A stretch of DNA of 64,000 bases, from positions 36,148-100,147 of the forward strand of contig CAKRHW010000004.1 in the NCBI GenBank assembly GCA_934339365.1. Reading direction: 5' to 3'. The notes under the pieces are model-generated. The model searched no databases, was not told the origin of the DNA, and saw only the letters and a program-made list of their open reading frames with translations. This document shows positions 1 through 9,531 of this stretch, in pieces (the stretch's first letter is position 1; each line of letters begins with the position of its first letter). The position numbers and the translations under genes were made by a program. This DNA comes from an uncultured Lachnospiraceae bacterium. Lineage in GTDB: Bacteria > Bacillota > Clostridia > Lachnospirales > Lachnospiraceae.

Positions 1-1386
1 TTTTTTGTTCTATTTTTGCAGCCGGTGGCAGTTGTGATTGCTGAGGCTGTTCAGAGTCAGTATTCACAATATCGGATTACGGTGCCTATGGTAGTATTTG
101 CAACACTGATGATTTACATGGCATTTCAGAATCCAGATATTTATACAGACGGGCTTACCGGGTTATACCGGAGAAATGCTTTTTTAGAGATTTTAGAGAA
201 TCGGTTGCGGAATCATCAATATGCAGAACTTTTAATCATTGATTTGAATGAGATGAAAGCAGTAAATGAACTCATTGGAAATCATGGAGTGAATCAGTTG
301 CTCAAGGATATCGCAGAATATTTGTTATCACTTCGCAATGAAAAAAAGGAGCTGTTTCGTGTGGATGGAGATAATTTTATTTTTCTGCTAGACCATGAGG
401 ATCCGGAACTTGCAGAAACGGTTCGTCAGAGATTTTGCGAGGAATGGGATATCAATGATGGACGAATCAAATTAACAGCCAGTATCAGCAGGATTGCAAT
501 ATCGAATTATTTAAACAATCCGAATCTGATTATGGAATTCATTGAAAAGGTTACTTCTTATACTAAGAAGCAGGGACGTGGGTCTTTTGTGGATGTGGAT
601 GAAGAAGTTTCGAATGAATTAATGAGATCGATTAAGATTGAGAAAGTCATCCGCAACCTGAAGGAAGAGGAAGTGGTTGTGTATTATCAGCCCATTTATT
701 CTATTTCCAAAGACCGGATTATTGGAATGGAGTCTTTGGTGAGAATTCAAAATGAAGAATTAGGGATGTTGTTCCCGGATGAATTTATCAGCATTGCAGA
801 GAGAACCGGCATGATTAATTTCCTTGGAATGGTTGTGCTTGAAAAGACCTGTATGTTTATTATGGAACATGAGTTATGTGAACGTGGATTAGAATTTGTA
901 GATGTGAATTTGTCTACGATTCAGTGTATGCAGAGGGGGTTAGCGGCTAAGATTGAAGCAGTTTTAAAGAAATATCAGATTCCGCCGGAAGTGCTGGTTT
1001 TAGAAATTACGGAGAGTGCAGTTATTTCTTCCAAAGACCGTTTACACCGCTTAATGCAACGCTTGTCAGAGCAGGGAGTCCGTTTTTCCATGGATGATTA
1101 TGGAAGCGGTTATTCGAATTCCGGTTCCATTGTTGATTTGCAGTTAAAGACGATTAAATTAGATAAATTAATGCTTTGGGACAGCATGGATAACGAACGG
1201 GCAAAAGTAATTTATACGAATACCGTTCAGATGTTCCAGAAATTGCAGTTTTTAACGGTTGCTGAGGGTGCTGAAAATGAAGAACAGCTTGCATTTTTAA
1301 AGAGTGTTCAGGTGGATTACGTGCAAGGATATTATTTTAGCAGACCGGTACCCGGACAAAAGATTGTAAGTATGTTTGCGTCTTGA
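1..1386 (+). CDS. Membrane-associated degenerate-GGDEF / EAL-domain c-di-GMP phosphodiesterase (5' end runs off the window)
   Basis: The frame is open from nt 1 with no upstream in-frame stop. The N-terminus is hydrophobic. The GGDEF-domain start is DGLTGLYRRNAF, but the active site reads RVDGDNF instead of GGDEF. EAL-domain motifs are YYQPIY, ESLVR, LEITES, DDYGSGYSN and QGYYFSRP. Confidence 0.85.
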   Translation, partial: FFVLFLQPVAVVIAEAVQSQYSQYRITVPMVVFATLMIYMAFQNPDIYTDGLTGLYRRNAFLEILENRLRNHQYAELLIIDLNEMKAVNELIGNHGVNQLLKDIAEYLLSLRNEKKELFRVDGDNFIFLLDHEDPELAETVRQRFCEEWDINDGRIKLTASISRIAISNYLNNPNLIMEFIEKVTSYTKKQGRGSFVDVDEEVSNELMRSIKIEKVIRNLKEEEVVVYYQPIYSISKDRIIGMESLVRIQNEELGMLFPDEFISIAERTGMINFLGMVVLEKTCMFIMEHELCERGLEFVDVNLSTIQCMQRGLAAKIEAVLKKYQIPPEVLVLEITESAVISSKDRLHRLMQRLSEQGVRFSMDDYGSGYSNSGSIVDLQLKTIKLDKLMLWDSMDNERAKVIYTNTVQMFQKLQFLTVAEGAENEEQLAFLKSVQVDYVQGYYFSRPVPGQKIVSMFAS

Positions 1387-1467
1387 TAGAAAGCAAAGAA
1401 AGGGATTGCGATAAAAAGTAAAAAATGTTAGAATATATCTATATTTTTGATTTTAGGAGGAACTTTC

Positions 1468-3753
1468 ATGGTTAGAATAAGTGAAAATGGTGCGTATCTT
1501 GTGAATGGTACGGACATTGTGGAGTGTAATAATGAAGCGGAAGTTAAAAGTAAGCTTGGAAGTGAATATGTAGAGCCGGCGAAGGCGGCAGAGAATACCA
1601 TTGCGTATGGAATCTTAAAAGATCATAACACTTCCGGTAATATGGATAAGTTACAGATCAAATTTGATAAACTTACCTCTCATGATATTACATTTGTAGG
1701 TATTATTCAGACAGCACGAGCTTCTGGTCTTGAGAAGTTCCCAATTCCATATGTACTTACGAACTGTCACAACTCTTTATGTGCAGTTGGTGGTACAATC
1801 AATGAAGATGATCATATGTTTGGACTTACATGTGCCAAGAAGTATGGCGGAATCTATGTTCCACCTCATCAGGCAGTTATTCATCAGTTTGCCAGAGAGA
1901 TGCTTGCCGGTGGCGGTAAGATGATTCTTGGTTCAGACAGCCATACCCGTTATGGTGCACTTGGAACAATGGCGATGGGTGAAGGTGGTCCGGAACTTGT
2001 TAAGCAGTTACTGAGCCAGACTTATGATATCAACATGCCAGATGTAATTGCCATTTATCTTGATGGAGAGCCAATGAAGGGTGTTGGACCTCAGGACGTT
2101 GCACTTGCTATTATTGGTGAAGTATTCGGATGCGGATATGTTAAGAATAAGGTAATGGAATTCGTTGGACCTGGTGTGTCTAAGTTAAGTGCTGATTTCA
2201 GAATTGGAATCGATGTTATGACAACAGAGACAACTTGTTTATCTTCTATCTGGCAGACAGACGAAAAGATTAAGGAATTCTATGATATTCATGGAAGAGT
2301 AGAAGAATATAAAGAATTAAAACCAGGTAAGGTTGCTTATTATGATGGCGTTGTTTATGTAGATTTAAGCAAGATTAAGCCAATGATTGCTATGCCTTTC
2401 CATCCAAGTAATACTTATACAATCGAAGATGTGAATGCGAACCTGGCAGACGTACTTGCAGATGTTGAGAAGAAAGCACTTGTAAGTTTAGATGGACAGG
2501 TAGAGTATTCTTTGAAGGATAAAGTCATTGATGGCAAATTATATGTAGATCAAGGTGTCATTGCAGGATGCGCCGGTGGTGGATTTGAGAATATCTGTGC
2601 TGCAGCAGATATTATGAAGGGCAAATATATTGGATCAGATGAATTTACTCTGAATGTATATCCGGCATCTACTCCGATTTATATGGAATTAATTAAGAAT
2701 GGTGCGGCAGCAGCGTTAATGGAGACGGGTGCAATTATTAAGACAGCATTCTGTGGACCATGTTTTGGTGCAGGAGATACTCCGGCAAATAATGCATTTT
2801 CAATTCGTCATTCTACAAGAAACTTCCCGAACAGAGAAGGATCGAAGTTACAGAATGGACAGATTGCTTCTGTTGCTCTTATGGATGCACGTTCGATTGC
2901 AGCAACTGCAGCAAACAAGGGATTCTTAACACCTGCAACTGATTTAGATGTAGAATATCAGAATCCGACTTATCATTTTGATGCGAACATTTACAAGAAT
3001 CGTGTATTTGATTCAAAGGGTGTTGCAGATCCATCTGTTGAGATTAAGTTTGGACCAAATATTAAAGACTGGCCAGAGATGCCTGCACTTCCAGAGAATT
3101 TATTATTGAAGGTAGTATCAGAGATTCATGATCCTGTTACAACGACAGATGAGTTGATTCCATCAGGAGAGACATCATCATATAGAAGTAATCCATTAGG
3201 ATTGGCAGAGTTTGCACTTTCAAGAAAGGATCCGGCATACGTTGGAAGAGCCAAAGAAGTACAGAAGGCTCAGAAGGCAATCGAAGCAGATACATGTCCG
3301 GTAGAAGCATTACCAGAATTGAAGCCGGTTATGGATACCATCAAGGTTGCTTATCCAGAAGTTAAGCGTAGTAATTTAGGAATTGGTTCTACAATTTATG
3401 CTGTAAAACCAGGAGATGGTTCAGCCAGAGAACAGGCTGCATCTTGCCAGAAGGTTTTAGGCGGATGGGCAAATATTGCACAGGAATATGCAACAAAGAG
3501 ATATCGTTCGAACTTAATGAACTGGGGAATGCTTCCATTCTTATATGCAGATGAAAAGCTTCCATTTGCAAATGGCGATTACATTTTTGTACCAGGTATT
3601 GCAAAAGCATTAGAGAACAAAGAGTCTGATATTCAGGCATTTGTAGTAAAAGATGGTTCATTAAATGAAGTACACTTCCAGCTTGGTGAGATGACAGACG
3701 ATGAAAGAGAAATTATCTTAAAGGGATGTTTAATTAACTACAATAGAAAGTAA
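1468..3753 (+). CDS. Aconitate hydratase family protein (aconitase/IPM-isomerase superfamily, four-domain form)
   Basis: AGGAGG lies 7 nt upstream of the ATG at 1468. Fe-S ligand and active-site motifs are GSDSHT, CGPCFG and [11 protein letters not shown]. The swivel-domain motif is [10 protein letters not shown]...[12 protein letters not shown]. Confidence 0.85.
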   Translation: MVRISENGAYLVNGTDIVECNNEAEVKSKLGSEYVEPAKAAENTIAYGILKDHNTSGNMDKLQIKFDKLTSHDITFVGIIQTARASGLEKFPIPYVLTNCHNSLCAVGGTINEDDHMFGLTCAKKYGGIYVPPHQAVIHQFAREMLAGGGKMILGSDSHTRYGALGTMAMGEGGPELVKQLLSQTYDINMPDVIAIYLDGEPMKGVGPQDVALAIIGEVFGCGYVKNKVMEFVGPGVSKLSADFRIGIDVMTTETTCLSSIWQTDEKIKEFYDIHGRVEEYKELKPGKVAYYDGVVYVDLSKIKPMIAMPFHPSNTYTIEDVNANLADVLADVEKKALVSLDGQVEYSLKDKVIDGKLYVDQGVIAGCAGGGFENICAAADIMKGKYIGSDEFTLNVYPASTPIYMELIKNGAAAALMETGAIIKTAFCGPCFGAGDTPANNAFSIRHSTRNFPNREGSKLQNGQIASVALMDARSIAATAANKGFLTPATDLDVEYQNPTYHFDANIYKNRVFDSKGVADPSVEIKFGPNIKDWPEMPALPENLLLKVVSEIHDPVTTTDELIPSGETSSYRSNPLGLAEFALSRKDPAYVGRAKEVQKAQKAIEADTCPVEALPELKPVMDTIKVAYPEVKRSNLGIGSTIYAVKPGDGSAREQAASCQKVLGGWANIAQEYATKRYRSNLMNWGMLPFLYADEKLPFANGDYIFVPGIAKALENKESDIQAFVVKDGSLNEVHFQLGEMTDDEREIILKGCLINYNRK

Positions 3754-3766
3754 AAGAAGAATAAAG

Positions 3767-3808
3767 AAGCCATTGCTCCACGAATTGATGTGTAGCAATG
3801 GCTTTTTG
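3767..3808. terminator. Hairpin terminator between the convergent aconitase and AIM24 genes
   Basis: The stem is AAGCCATTGCT ... AGCAATGGCTT, followed by TTTTG. Confidence 0.6.
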
Positions 3809-3839
3809 TTTCATAGAAATAAATGATGAAAAATGAAAA

Positions 3840-4544
3840 TTAATCAATTCCAACCTGAATTCCACCGGAACGCTCAGATGGCTGGATGATGACTGTAACT
3901 CCCATATTTCCAGACCACTCAAACTGATAAGATTCTCCGGAAGCCTGACCGATAAAGGTTTTCCATGAAACATCAGTTGTTACATGAGGGTCGCAATGCC
4001 CATTTCCAACCCAGCATACAACTGCATCAGGGTCGACAGAGATGGTATTGCCGGATGTAACATTACTTAAGACAAGAGGGTTACCATCAGCCAATACTGC
4101 TACATAAGCATTATTACCGGTTGCAGTCAGTGTGGAAGTGGCAAGCCCCTTTTGTGAAAGAATACCAACTCCAATAAATCGAACACTGTAATCGCAGTCT
4201 GGTGTAAAAGCTAAGATATTTTCAGATTCTACAGAAATAGTTTCTCCAGGCTGAAGATGATAAACAACAACGTGTTGCCCATAGTTAGCATAATAAGTTG
4301 TGGAAGGTCCCTGAAATTGTACCTTCATCAGTGGAAGATTTTCACCGGTCACTCTTCGGGCAAGCTGTCCTAATAAAGCTCTTCCAAATGAATTCTGTGG
4401 TCCTAAAAGGACTTTATCAAATTTATAATTTTTTCCGCCGGCATTATCACCTGCAATAAATGCACCGGCTTTGGCAAACAGTACATCATTTCCGGTACTT
4501 GTTACCTTTAATGTAAGTTCGTTGAGTATTTCAAAAGTTAGCAT
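3840..4544 (-). CDS. AIM24 (DUF124) family protein
   Basis: Length and the glycine-rich repeated beta pattern are typical of AIM24, e.g. AKAGAFIAGD, TGENLPLMK, GETISVESENILAF, GNNAYVAVLADG and SGESYQFEWSG. The start lies 22 nt downstream of the TerD gene stop. Confidence 0.7.
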   Translation of the reverse strand: MLTFEILNELTLKVTSTGNDVLFAKAGAFIAGDNAGGKNYKFDKVLLGPQNSFGRALLGQLARRVTGENLPLMKVQFQGPSTTYYANYGQHVVVYHLQPGETISVESENILAFTPDCDYSVRFIGVGILSQKGLATSTLTATGNNAYVAVLADGNPLVLSNVTSGNTISVDPDAVVCWVGNGHCDPHVTTDVSWKTFIGQASGESYQFEWSGNMGVTVIIQPSERSGGIQVGID

Positions 4545-4566
4545 TTTCTTCCTCCTCTTTTTGTAA

Positions 4567-5418
4567 TTATATTACTTCGACACCATATAATTCGCATAAT
4601 CCTGCTAAATCTCGTGCAACACCATTTCCAATCGCGTTAAATTTCCAATTTTGATGATGCAGATATAATTCTCCAATCATCATAGAAGTGACATTTGAAT
4701 AATAATCTGTCATCTGAAAGCTGACAAGTTCCGTATGGGTTGTAGAATCCGATATCTGTATGTAGGCGTCTTTTATCATGCTGAAGTTCAATTGTTTTTC
4801 AAAAGCTTCGTTGATTGTCAGGACAAAAACAATTTTAGAAACTTCCGGATTGAGTTTTGATAAATCAATGGTAATACTTTCGCGGGCATCTATTTCATTG
4901 TCATGAAAGATGGTGCTAGAATCAGGACTTGTAGTCTGACCATAAAAAACAAACCAGGAATCTCCGATTACTTTTCCGGTCTGGTTTAGTAGAAATGCGG
5001 AAACATCTAAATCACAAGCTGCATTCCGGACGTTCCATCCAAGAGAAACTTTTAGTCTGCAATTTGGATTGGAAAGAGAAAGTGGTACTCTTTGCCCTTT
5101 TTGAACCGGATGCAAAAAAGCAGGAACTGGTTTTTCCATCATTGTCTGAACCGGAGTGGCAGTCTGAACTGGAGCTGTAGTCTGAACCGGTGGTGTGGTT
5201 TGAACCGGAGCGGCAGTTCGAATCGGAGGCGTAGCCTGAACCGGAGCGGCAGTCCGTATCGGAGGCGTAGCCTGTATCGGAGCAGAGTTCTCATGCTTTT
5301 TTGTATTTATAGATTGTAAATACTGGAATGAATGAGGCTTTTGCACATTTCTTGTATTGAGACTGGTGATTGTTTCTTTTGTAAAAGCACCAGTTGTTTT
5401 CATAGGAATCTGAAACAT
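4567..5418 (-). CDS. TerD-domain stress protein with a Pro/Thr/Ala-rich repeat N-terminal extension
   Basis: The C-terminal ~190 aa carries the TerD signature: KGQRVPL...LGWN...CDLDVSAFLL..GKV....FVFYGQ...ITIDLSKL...KIVFVLTI. The start was moved to the MFQ ATG at 5418, which follows AAGGAGAA. Confidence 0.8.
   Translation of the reverse strand: MFQIPMKTTGAFTKETITSLNTRNVQKPHSFQYLQSINTKKHENSAPIQATPPIRTAAPVQATPPIRTAAPVQTTPPVQTTAPVQTATPVQTMMEKPVPAFLHPVQKGQRVPLSLSNPNCRLKVSLGWNVRNAACDLDVSAFLLNQTGKVIGDSWFVFYGQTTSPDSSTIFHDNEIDARESITIDLSKLNPEVSKIVFVLTINEAFEKQLNFSMIKDAYIQISDSTTHTELVSFQMTDYYSNVTSMMIGELYLHHQNWKFNAIGNGVARDLAGLCELYGVEVI
5143..5271 (-). repeat. In-frame tandem repeat (about 36-nt / 12-aa unit ATPPIRTAAPVQ, then degenerate copies) inside the TerD gene
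   Basis: The protein reads ATPPIRTAAPVQ ATPPIRTAAPVQ TTPPVQTTAPVQ TATPVQT. The DNA copies are near-identical. Confidence 0.8.
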
Positions 5419-5682
5419 AAATTCTCCTTTCAAAATATAGGATTGCAAAGCACAGGATAATCTGTATCATCAGGATCTGTGCTGTCATTTTTTAAATGAA
5501 GCAATACTTAAAAAAAGTGTACTTGATAGAGAAAGAAAAGTCAAATAGGGATGGATAAAAAACAGGAAAAAAGAACGAAAAAAATTCAAAAAAAGTATTG
5601 ATTTTTTCTAGAAAGATGTTATGATTAAGAAAACATAAAACTTGAAACAATTCAATAAAATTGTAACAAAGGAGAAGAGAAG

Positions 5683-6600
5683 ATGGAGAACAAATATACT
5701 TTGACATTGGATGATGAAGAACGTGTAGCTGCAATTGGCAGAGCGTTATCTGTACCGGTTCGTATTGAGATTTTACGTCTGTTATGCAAGGAAGAATTGA
5801 ATGTGCAGGAGATTGCAGCAAGAACAGGATTAGCTGTTTCTTCAGCAGCTTCTCATGTGAAGGCATTAGAGGAAGGAAAGCTGATTGATACAGAATTACG
5901 TCCGGCAGTGAGAGGATATATGAAGGTTTGTAAGAGAGGAGTGGCAGAGATTGCCTTGAACTTCATTACAACCGATGACAAGAAGAAAGAGAAAGTAATC
6001 TCTATGCCTGTCGGATATTATACGGATTATAAGGTTCAGCCGACTTGCGGACTTGCCGGTGAATATGGACCGATTGGTACAGAGGATGAGCCGAAGTCTT
6101 ACTTCCATCCGGAGAGAGTGAATTCTCAGATCATCTGGTTTGGTAAGACCGGATATGTGGAATATCGTTTCCCGGTTGATTATTTAGATGGAACAGAGAA
6201 GAGAATTGAGATTTCAGCTGAAGTATGTTCAGAGGCACCGGATTATAAGTTAGATTATCCATCCGATATTACCATGTCGCTGAATGGGAAAGAAGTTGGT
6301 ACCTTTACCTGTCCGGGAGATTTTGGCGGAAGAAGAGGAAGACTGAATCCAAGCTGGTGGCCGGATAAGAATACACAATTTGGTCTGAAGAAATGCTGGA
6401 AGATTACGAATAAGGGAAGTTATATCGATAATAAGAAGGTAAGTAAGTTAGGATTAAAGGATTACAAGTTAAAGAAACAGGACTATCTGACTGTCCGCAT
6501 CGGTGTGAAGGCAGATGCGAAAAATGCCGGAGGAGTTAATATTTTTGGAGATAAATTTGGAGACTATCCACAGAGTATTGAATTAAAGGTATGCTTTTAA
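5683..6600 (+). CDS. ArsR-type winged-HTH regulator with a ~200-aa uncharacterised C-terminal domain
   Basis: The N-terminus LSVPVRIEILRLLCKEELNVQEIAARTGLAVSSAASHVKALEEGKLI is an ArsR HTH. A TTGATT-N16-TATGAT promoter-like sequence lies upstream. Confidence 0.7.
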   Translation: MENKYTLTLDDEERVAAIGRALSVPVRIEILRLLCKEELNVQEIAARTGLAVSSAASHVKALEEGKLIDTELRPAVRGYMKVCKRGVAEIALNFITTDDKKKEKVISMPVGYYTDYKVQPTCGLAGEYGPIGTEDEPKSYFHPERVNSQIIWFGKTGYVEYRFPVDYLDGTEKRIEISAEVCSEAPDYKLDYPSDITMSLNGKEVGTFTCPGDFGGRRGRLNPSWWPDKNTQFGLKKCWKITNKGSYIDNKKVSKLGLKDYKLKKQDYLTVRIGVKADAKNAGGVNIFGDKFGDYPQSIELKVCF

Positions 6601-6677
6601 GGATCAGAACAGAATAGAAATAGAAGAGAGCAAAATAGAAAGGAATACTAGTTATAGGATATAGGAGGTTTTTTACA

Positions 6678-7859
6678 ATGCGTGAGAGTTTAATACAGGG
6701 ATTTGCATCAGTTTACGGGAACGAAGAAGGAGCAAGAATCTTTTTTGCACCGGGAAGAGTGAATTTAATCGGAGAACATACAGATTATAATGGAGGTCAT
6801 GTTTTTCCATGTGCATTGACAATTGGAACGTATGGTGTTGCACGAAAGATTGAAGAGAAGGTATTCCGTTTTTATTCATGGAATTTCAAGGAGCTTGGTG
6901 TTGTTGAGATTCCAATGGACTCATTGGTTTATCGGGAAGAAGATGGATGGACTAATTATCCAAAGGGAGTTATTGAAATGTTCCGTCAGGAGGGGATGGC
7001 AGTAGACAAGGGATTCGAGATTTTTGTTTATGGAAATATTCCGAATCGTTCCGGATTGTCTTCCTCAGCTTCTTTAGAAGTATTAACAGGAGAAGTGTTA
7101 AGAGAGTTATATGATTTTGAGATTGATAATCTTCATATTGCGTTGCTCGGACAGAAGGCAGAGAATATCTTTAATGGCGTAAATTGCGGAATTATGGATC
7201 AGTTTGCAATTGCAATGGGTAAGAAAGATCATGCCATCTTTTTGAATACAGCAACATTAGAATGTGAATATGCACCAATTGAGTTAAAGTATCAGAAAAT
7301 CGTCATTGCATGTACGAATAAGAAACGAGGTCTCGCAGATTCAAAATATAATGAAAGAAGAGAAGAGTGCGAGGCAGCATTAAAGCAGCTTCAGACGGTC
7401 GTAGATGTTGAGACTTTAAGTGATCTTACAAGTGAGCAGTTTGAACAGTACCAGGATGTAATCAAAGATGAGACACAGAGAAGACGTGCAAGACATGCGG
7501 TAAGAGAGAACGAGAGAACCATTCAGGCGGTAAAAGCATTAAAGGAAAATGATTTGAAAACATTTGGACAGTTAATGAATGAATCGCACTGCTCATTAAG
7601 AGATGATTATGAGGTGACAGGAGAAGAGTTAGACACATTGGTAGAGAGTGCATGGAAGCAAAAGGGAGTCATTGGTGCAAGAATGACAGGTGCCGGCTTT
7701 GGAGGATGTACTGTAAATATCGTAGAAGATAATTGTATTGAGGAGTTTATTGAAACGGTCGGAAAAGAATATGAACAAAAAATTGGTTATAAGGCTGATT
7801 TTTATGTTGTTGAAATTGGAGATGGTCCAAGAGAACTGCTTGATCGTGAAAAGTGCTAG
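6678..7859 (+). CDS. galK: Galactokinase
   Basis: Carries the galactokinase signature GRVNLIGEHTDYNGG and the GHMP kinase motif PNRSGLSSSASL. Confidence 0.95.
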   Translation: MRESLIQGFASVYGNEEGARIFFAPGRVNLIGEHTDYNGGHVFPCALTIGTYGVARKIEEKVFRFYSWNFKELGVVEIPMDSLVYREEDGWTNYPKGVIEMFRQEGMAVDKGFEIFVYGNIPNRSGLSSSASLEVLTGEVLRELYDFEIDNLHIALLGQKAENIFNGVNCGIMDQFAIAMGKKDHAIFLNTATLECEYAPIELKYQKIVIACTNKKRGLADSKYNERREECEAALKQLQTVVDVETLSDLTSEQFEQYQDVIKDETQRRRARHAVRENERTIQAVKALKENDLKTFGQLMNESHCSLRDDYEVTGEELDTLVESAWKQKGVIGARMTGAGFGGCTVNIVEDNCIEEFIETVGKEYEQKIGYKADFYVVEIGDGPRELLDREKC

Positions 7860-7909
7860 GAAGTATTATGTAACTGAAAATAACAGATTCGATAACAGGA
7901 GAAGGAAAA

Positions 7910-9472
7910 ATGATAGATACATATATTTATGCGCTTGTAAGATATGGATTACAGAAGAATTTAATAACAGAATTCGACAAAGATTTTACAGTGAATCGAA
8001 TTTTAGAGATTTTACATCTAGATTCCTATGATTGTTCTTGTGAAGAGGAGACAGAGAAGCTTTATCAGGAGGGAAAGGGGTATTCCTTAGAGACGATTTT
8101 AGACCGTTTAGTAGATTTTGCTTATGAGCATCAGCTAATAGAAGAAAATACGGTTACTTATCGTGATTTATTTGATACAAAGTTAATGGCAGCATTAATG
8201 CCAAGACCATCAGAGGTGTTAGCAGAATTTGAAAGATGTTATCAGGAGTCACCGCAAAAGGCTACGGACTATTTTTATCAGTTAAGCCAGGATTCTAATT
8301 ATATCAGAAGAGACCGGGTAAAAAAGGATGTGAAGTGGAAATATCAGTCAAAATATGGGGAACTTGATATTACTATTAATCTTTCAAAGCCAGAAAAGGA
8401 TCCAAAGGCAATTGCGGCAGCAAAAAATGCACCACAAAGTAGTTATCCGAAGTGTCTTCTTTGTAAGGAAAATGTAGGGTATGTCGGAAGATTGAATCAT
8501 CCGGCAAGAGGAAATCACAGAATAATTCCAATTTTTTTAGAAGATGGCGAATGGGGATTGCAGTATTCCCCATATGTGTATTATAATGAACATTGTATTT
8601 GTTTTTGTGGAGAGCATGTTCCGATGCAGATTCACAGACAGACATTTCAGAGACTGCTTAGTTTTGTGAAGTTATTTCCACATTACTTTATCGGTTCGAA
8701 TGCAGATTTGCCGATTGTAGGAGGATCTATCTTAAGTCACGATCATTTTCAGGGTGGAAGATATGAATTCGCAATGGCTAAGGCAGGCATTTTGAAGCAG
8801 ATTGTATTCAAAGGTTATGAATCAGTAAAAGCCGGAATTGTCAAATGGCCGATGTCGGTGATTCGTATTAGTGATAAGAACGCTGAAGTGTTAGTAGAGT
8901 TAGCAGATAAGATTTTAAAATGCTGGAGAGCATACACAGATGAAGATGCATTTGTCTATGCAGAGACAGAGGGAGAACCACATAATACCATAACACCGAT
9001 TGCACGTTTTCGTGATGGAAGATATGAATTAGATCTTGTGCTTCGGAATAATATTACGACACAGGAGCATCCGCTTGGTGTGTATCACCCACATGAGAAG
9101 CTGCATCATATTAAGAAGGAAAATATCGGTCTGATTGAAGTTATGGGACTGGCAGTTCTTCCGGCAAGATTGAAACAGGAAATGGAGCTTTTAGCTAAAA
9201 AATATATTGCAGGCGAGAATTTAGAAGAAGAGGAATGTCTGCAGAAGCATTTAGAGTGGTTTCAGGTTATCCAAAAGACACATAAAGAGCTTGATAGGAA
9301 TGTTCTGATGCAGGGACGGAATACCGAAAGTGCAGAAGAGGAAGTGATGAAGGTGTTAAAATCTGAGATTGGTAAGGTATTTGAAGAAGTATTAGAGGAT
9401 GCAGGTGTATTTAAGTGTAATAAAGAAGGTTTACAATTCTTTGAAAGATTTGTAGATGCAGTGAATGGATAG
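7910..9472 (+). CDS. galT: Galactose-1-phosphate uridylyltransferase (long, Firmicutes type 2)
   Basis: About 520 aa, immediately after galK. Family-typical blocks are YPKCLLCKENVGY, RIIP, YVYYNEHCI and ILSHDHFQGG. Confidence 0.9.
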   Translation: MIDTYIYALVRYGLQKNLITEFDKDFTVNRILEILHLDSYDCSCEEETEKLYQEGKGYSLETILDRLVDFAYEHQLIEENTVTYRDLFDTKLMAALMPRPSEVLAEFERCYQESPQKATDYFYQLSQDSNYIRRDRVKKDVKWKYQSKYGELDITINLSKPEKDPKAIAAAKNAPQSSYPKCLLCKENVGYVGRLNHPARGNHRIIPIFLEDGEWGLQYSPYVYYNEHCICFCGEHVPMQIHRQTFQRLLSFVKLFPHYFIGSNADLPIVGGSILSHDHFQGGRYEFAMAKAGILKQIVFKGYESVKAGIVKWPMSVIRISDKNAEVLVELADKILKCWRAYTDEDAFVYAETEGEPHNTITPIARFRDGRYELDLVLRNNITTQEHPLGVYHPHEKLHHIKKENIGLIEVMGLAVLPARLKQEMELLAKKYIAGENLEEEECLQKHLEWFQVIQKTHKELDRNVLMQGRNTESAEEEVMKVLKSEIGKVFEEVLEDAGVFKCNKEGLQFFERFVDAVNG

Positions 9473-9531
9473 AATCTGCAATCGCTAAGAAAGACAATTT
9501 TACGAGGACATATCAGAAGAGGGGGACAGAT

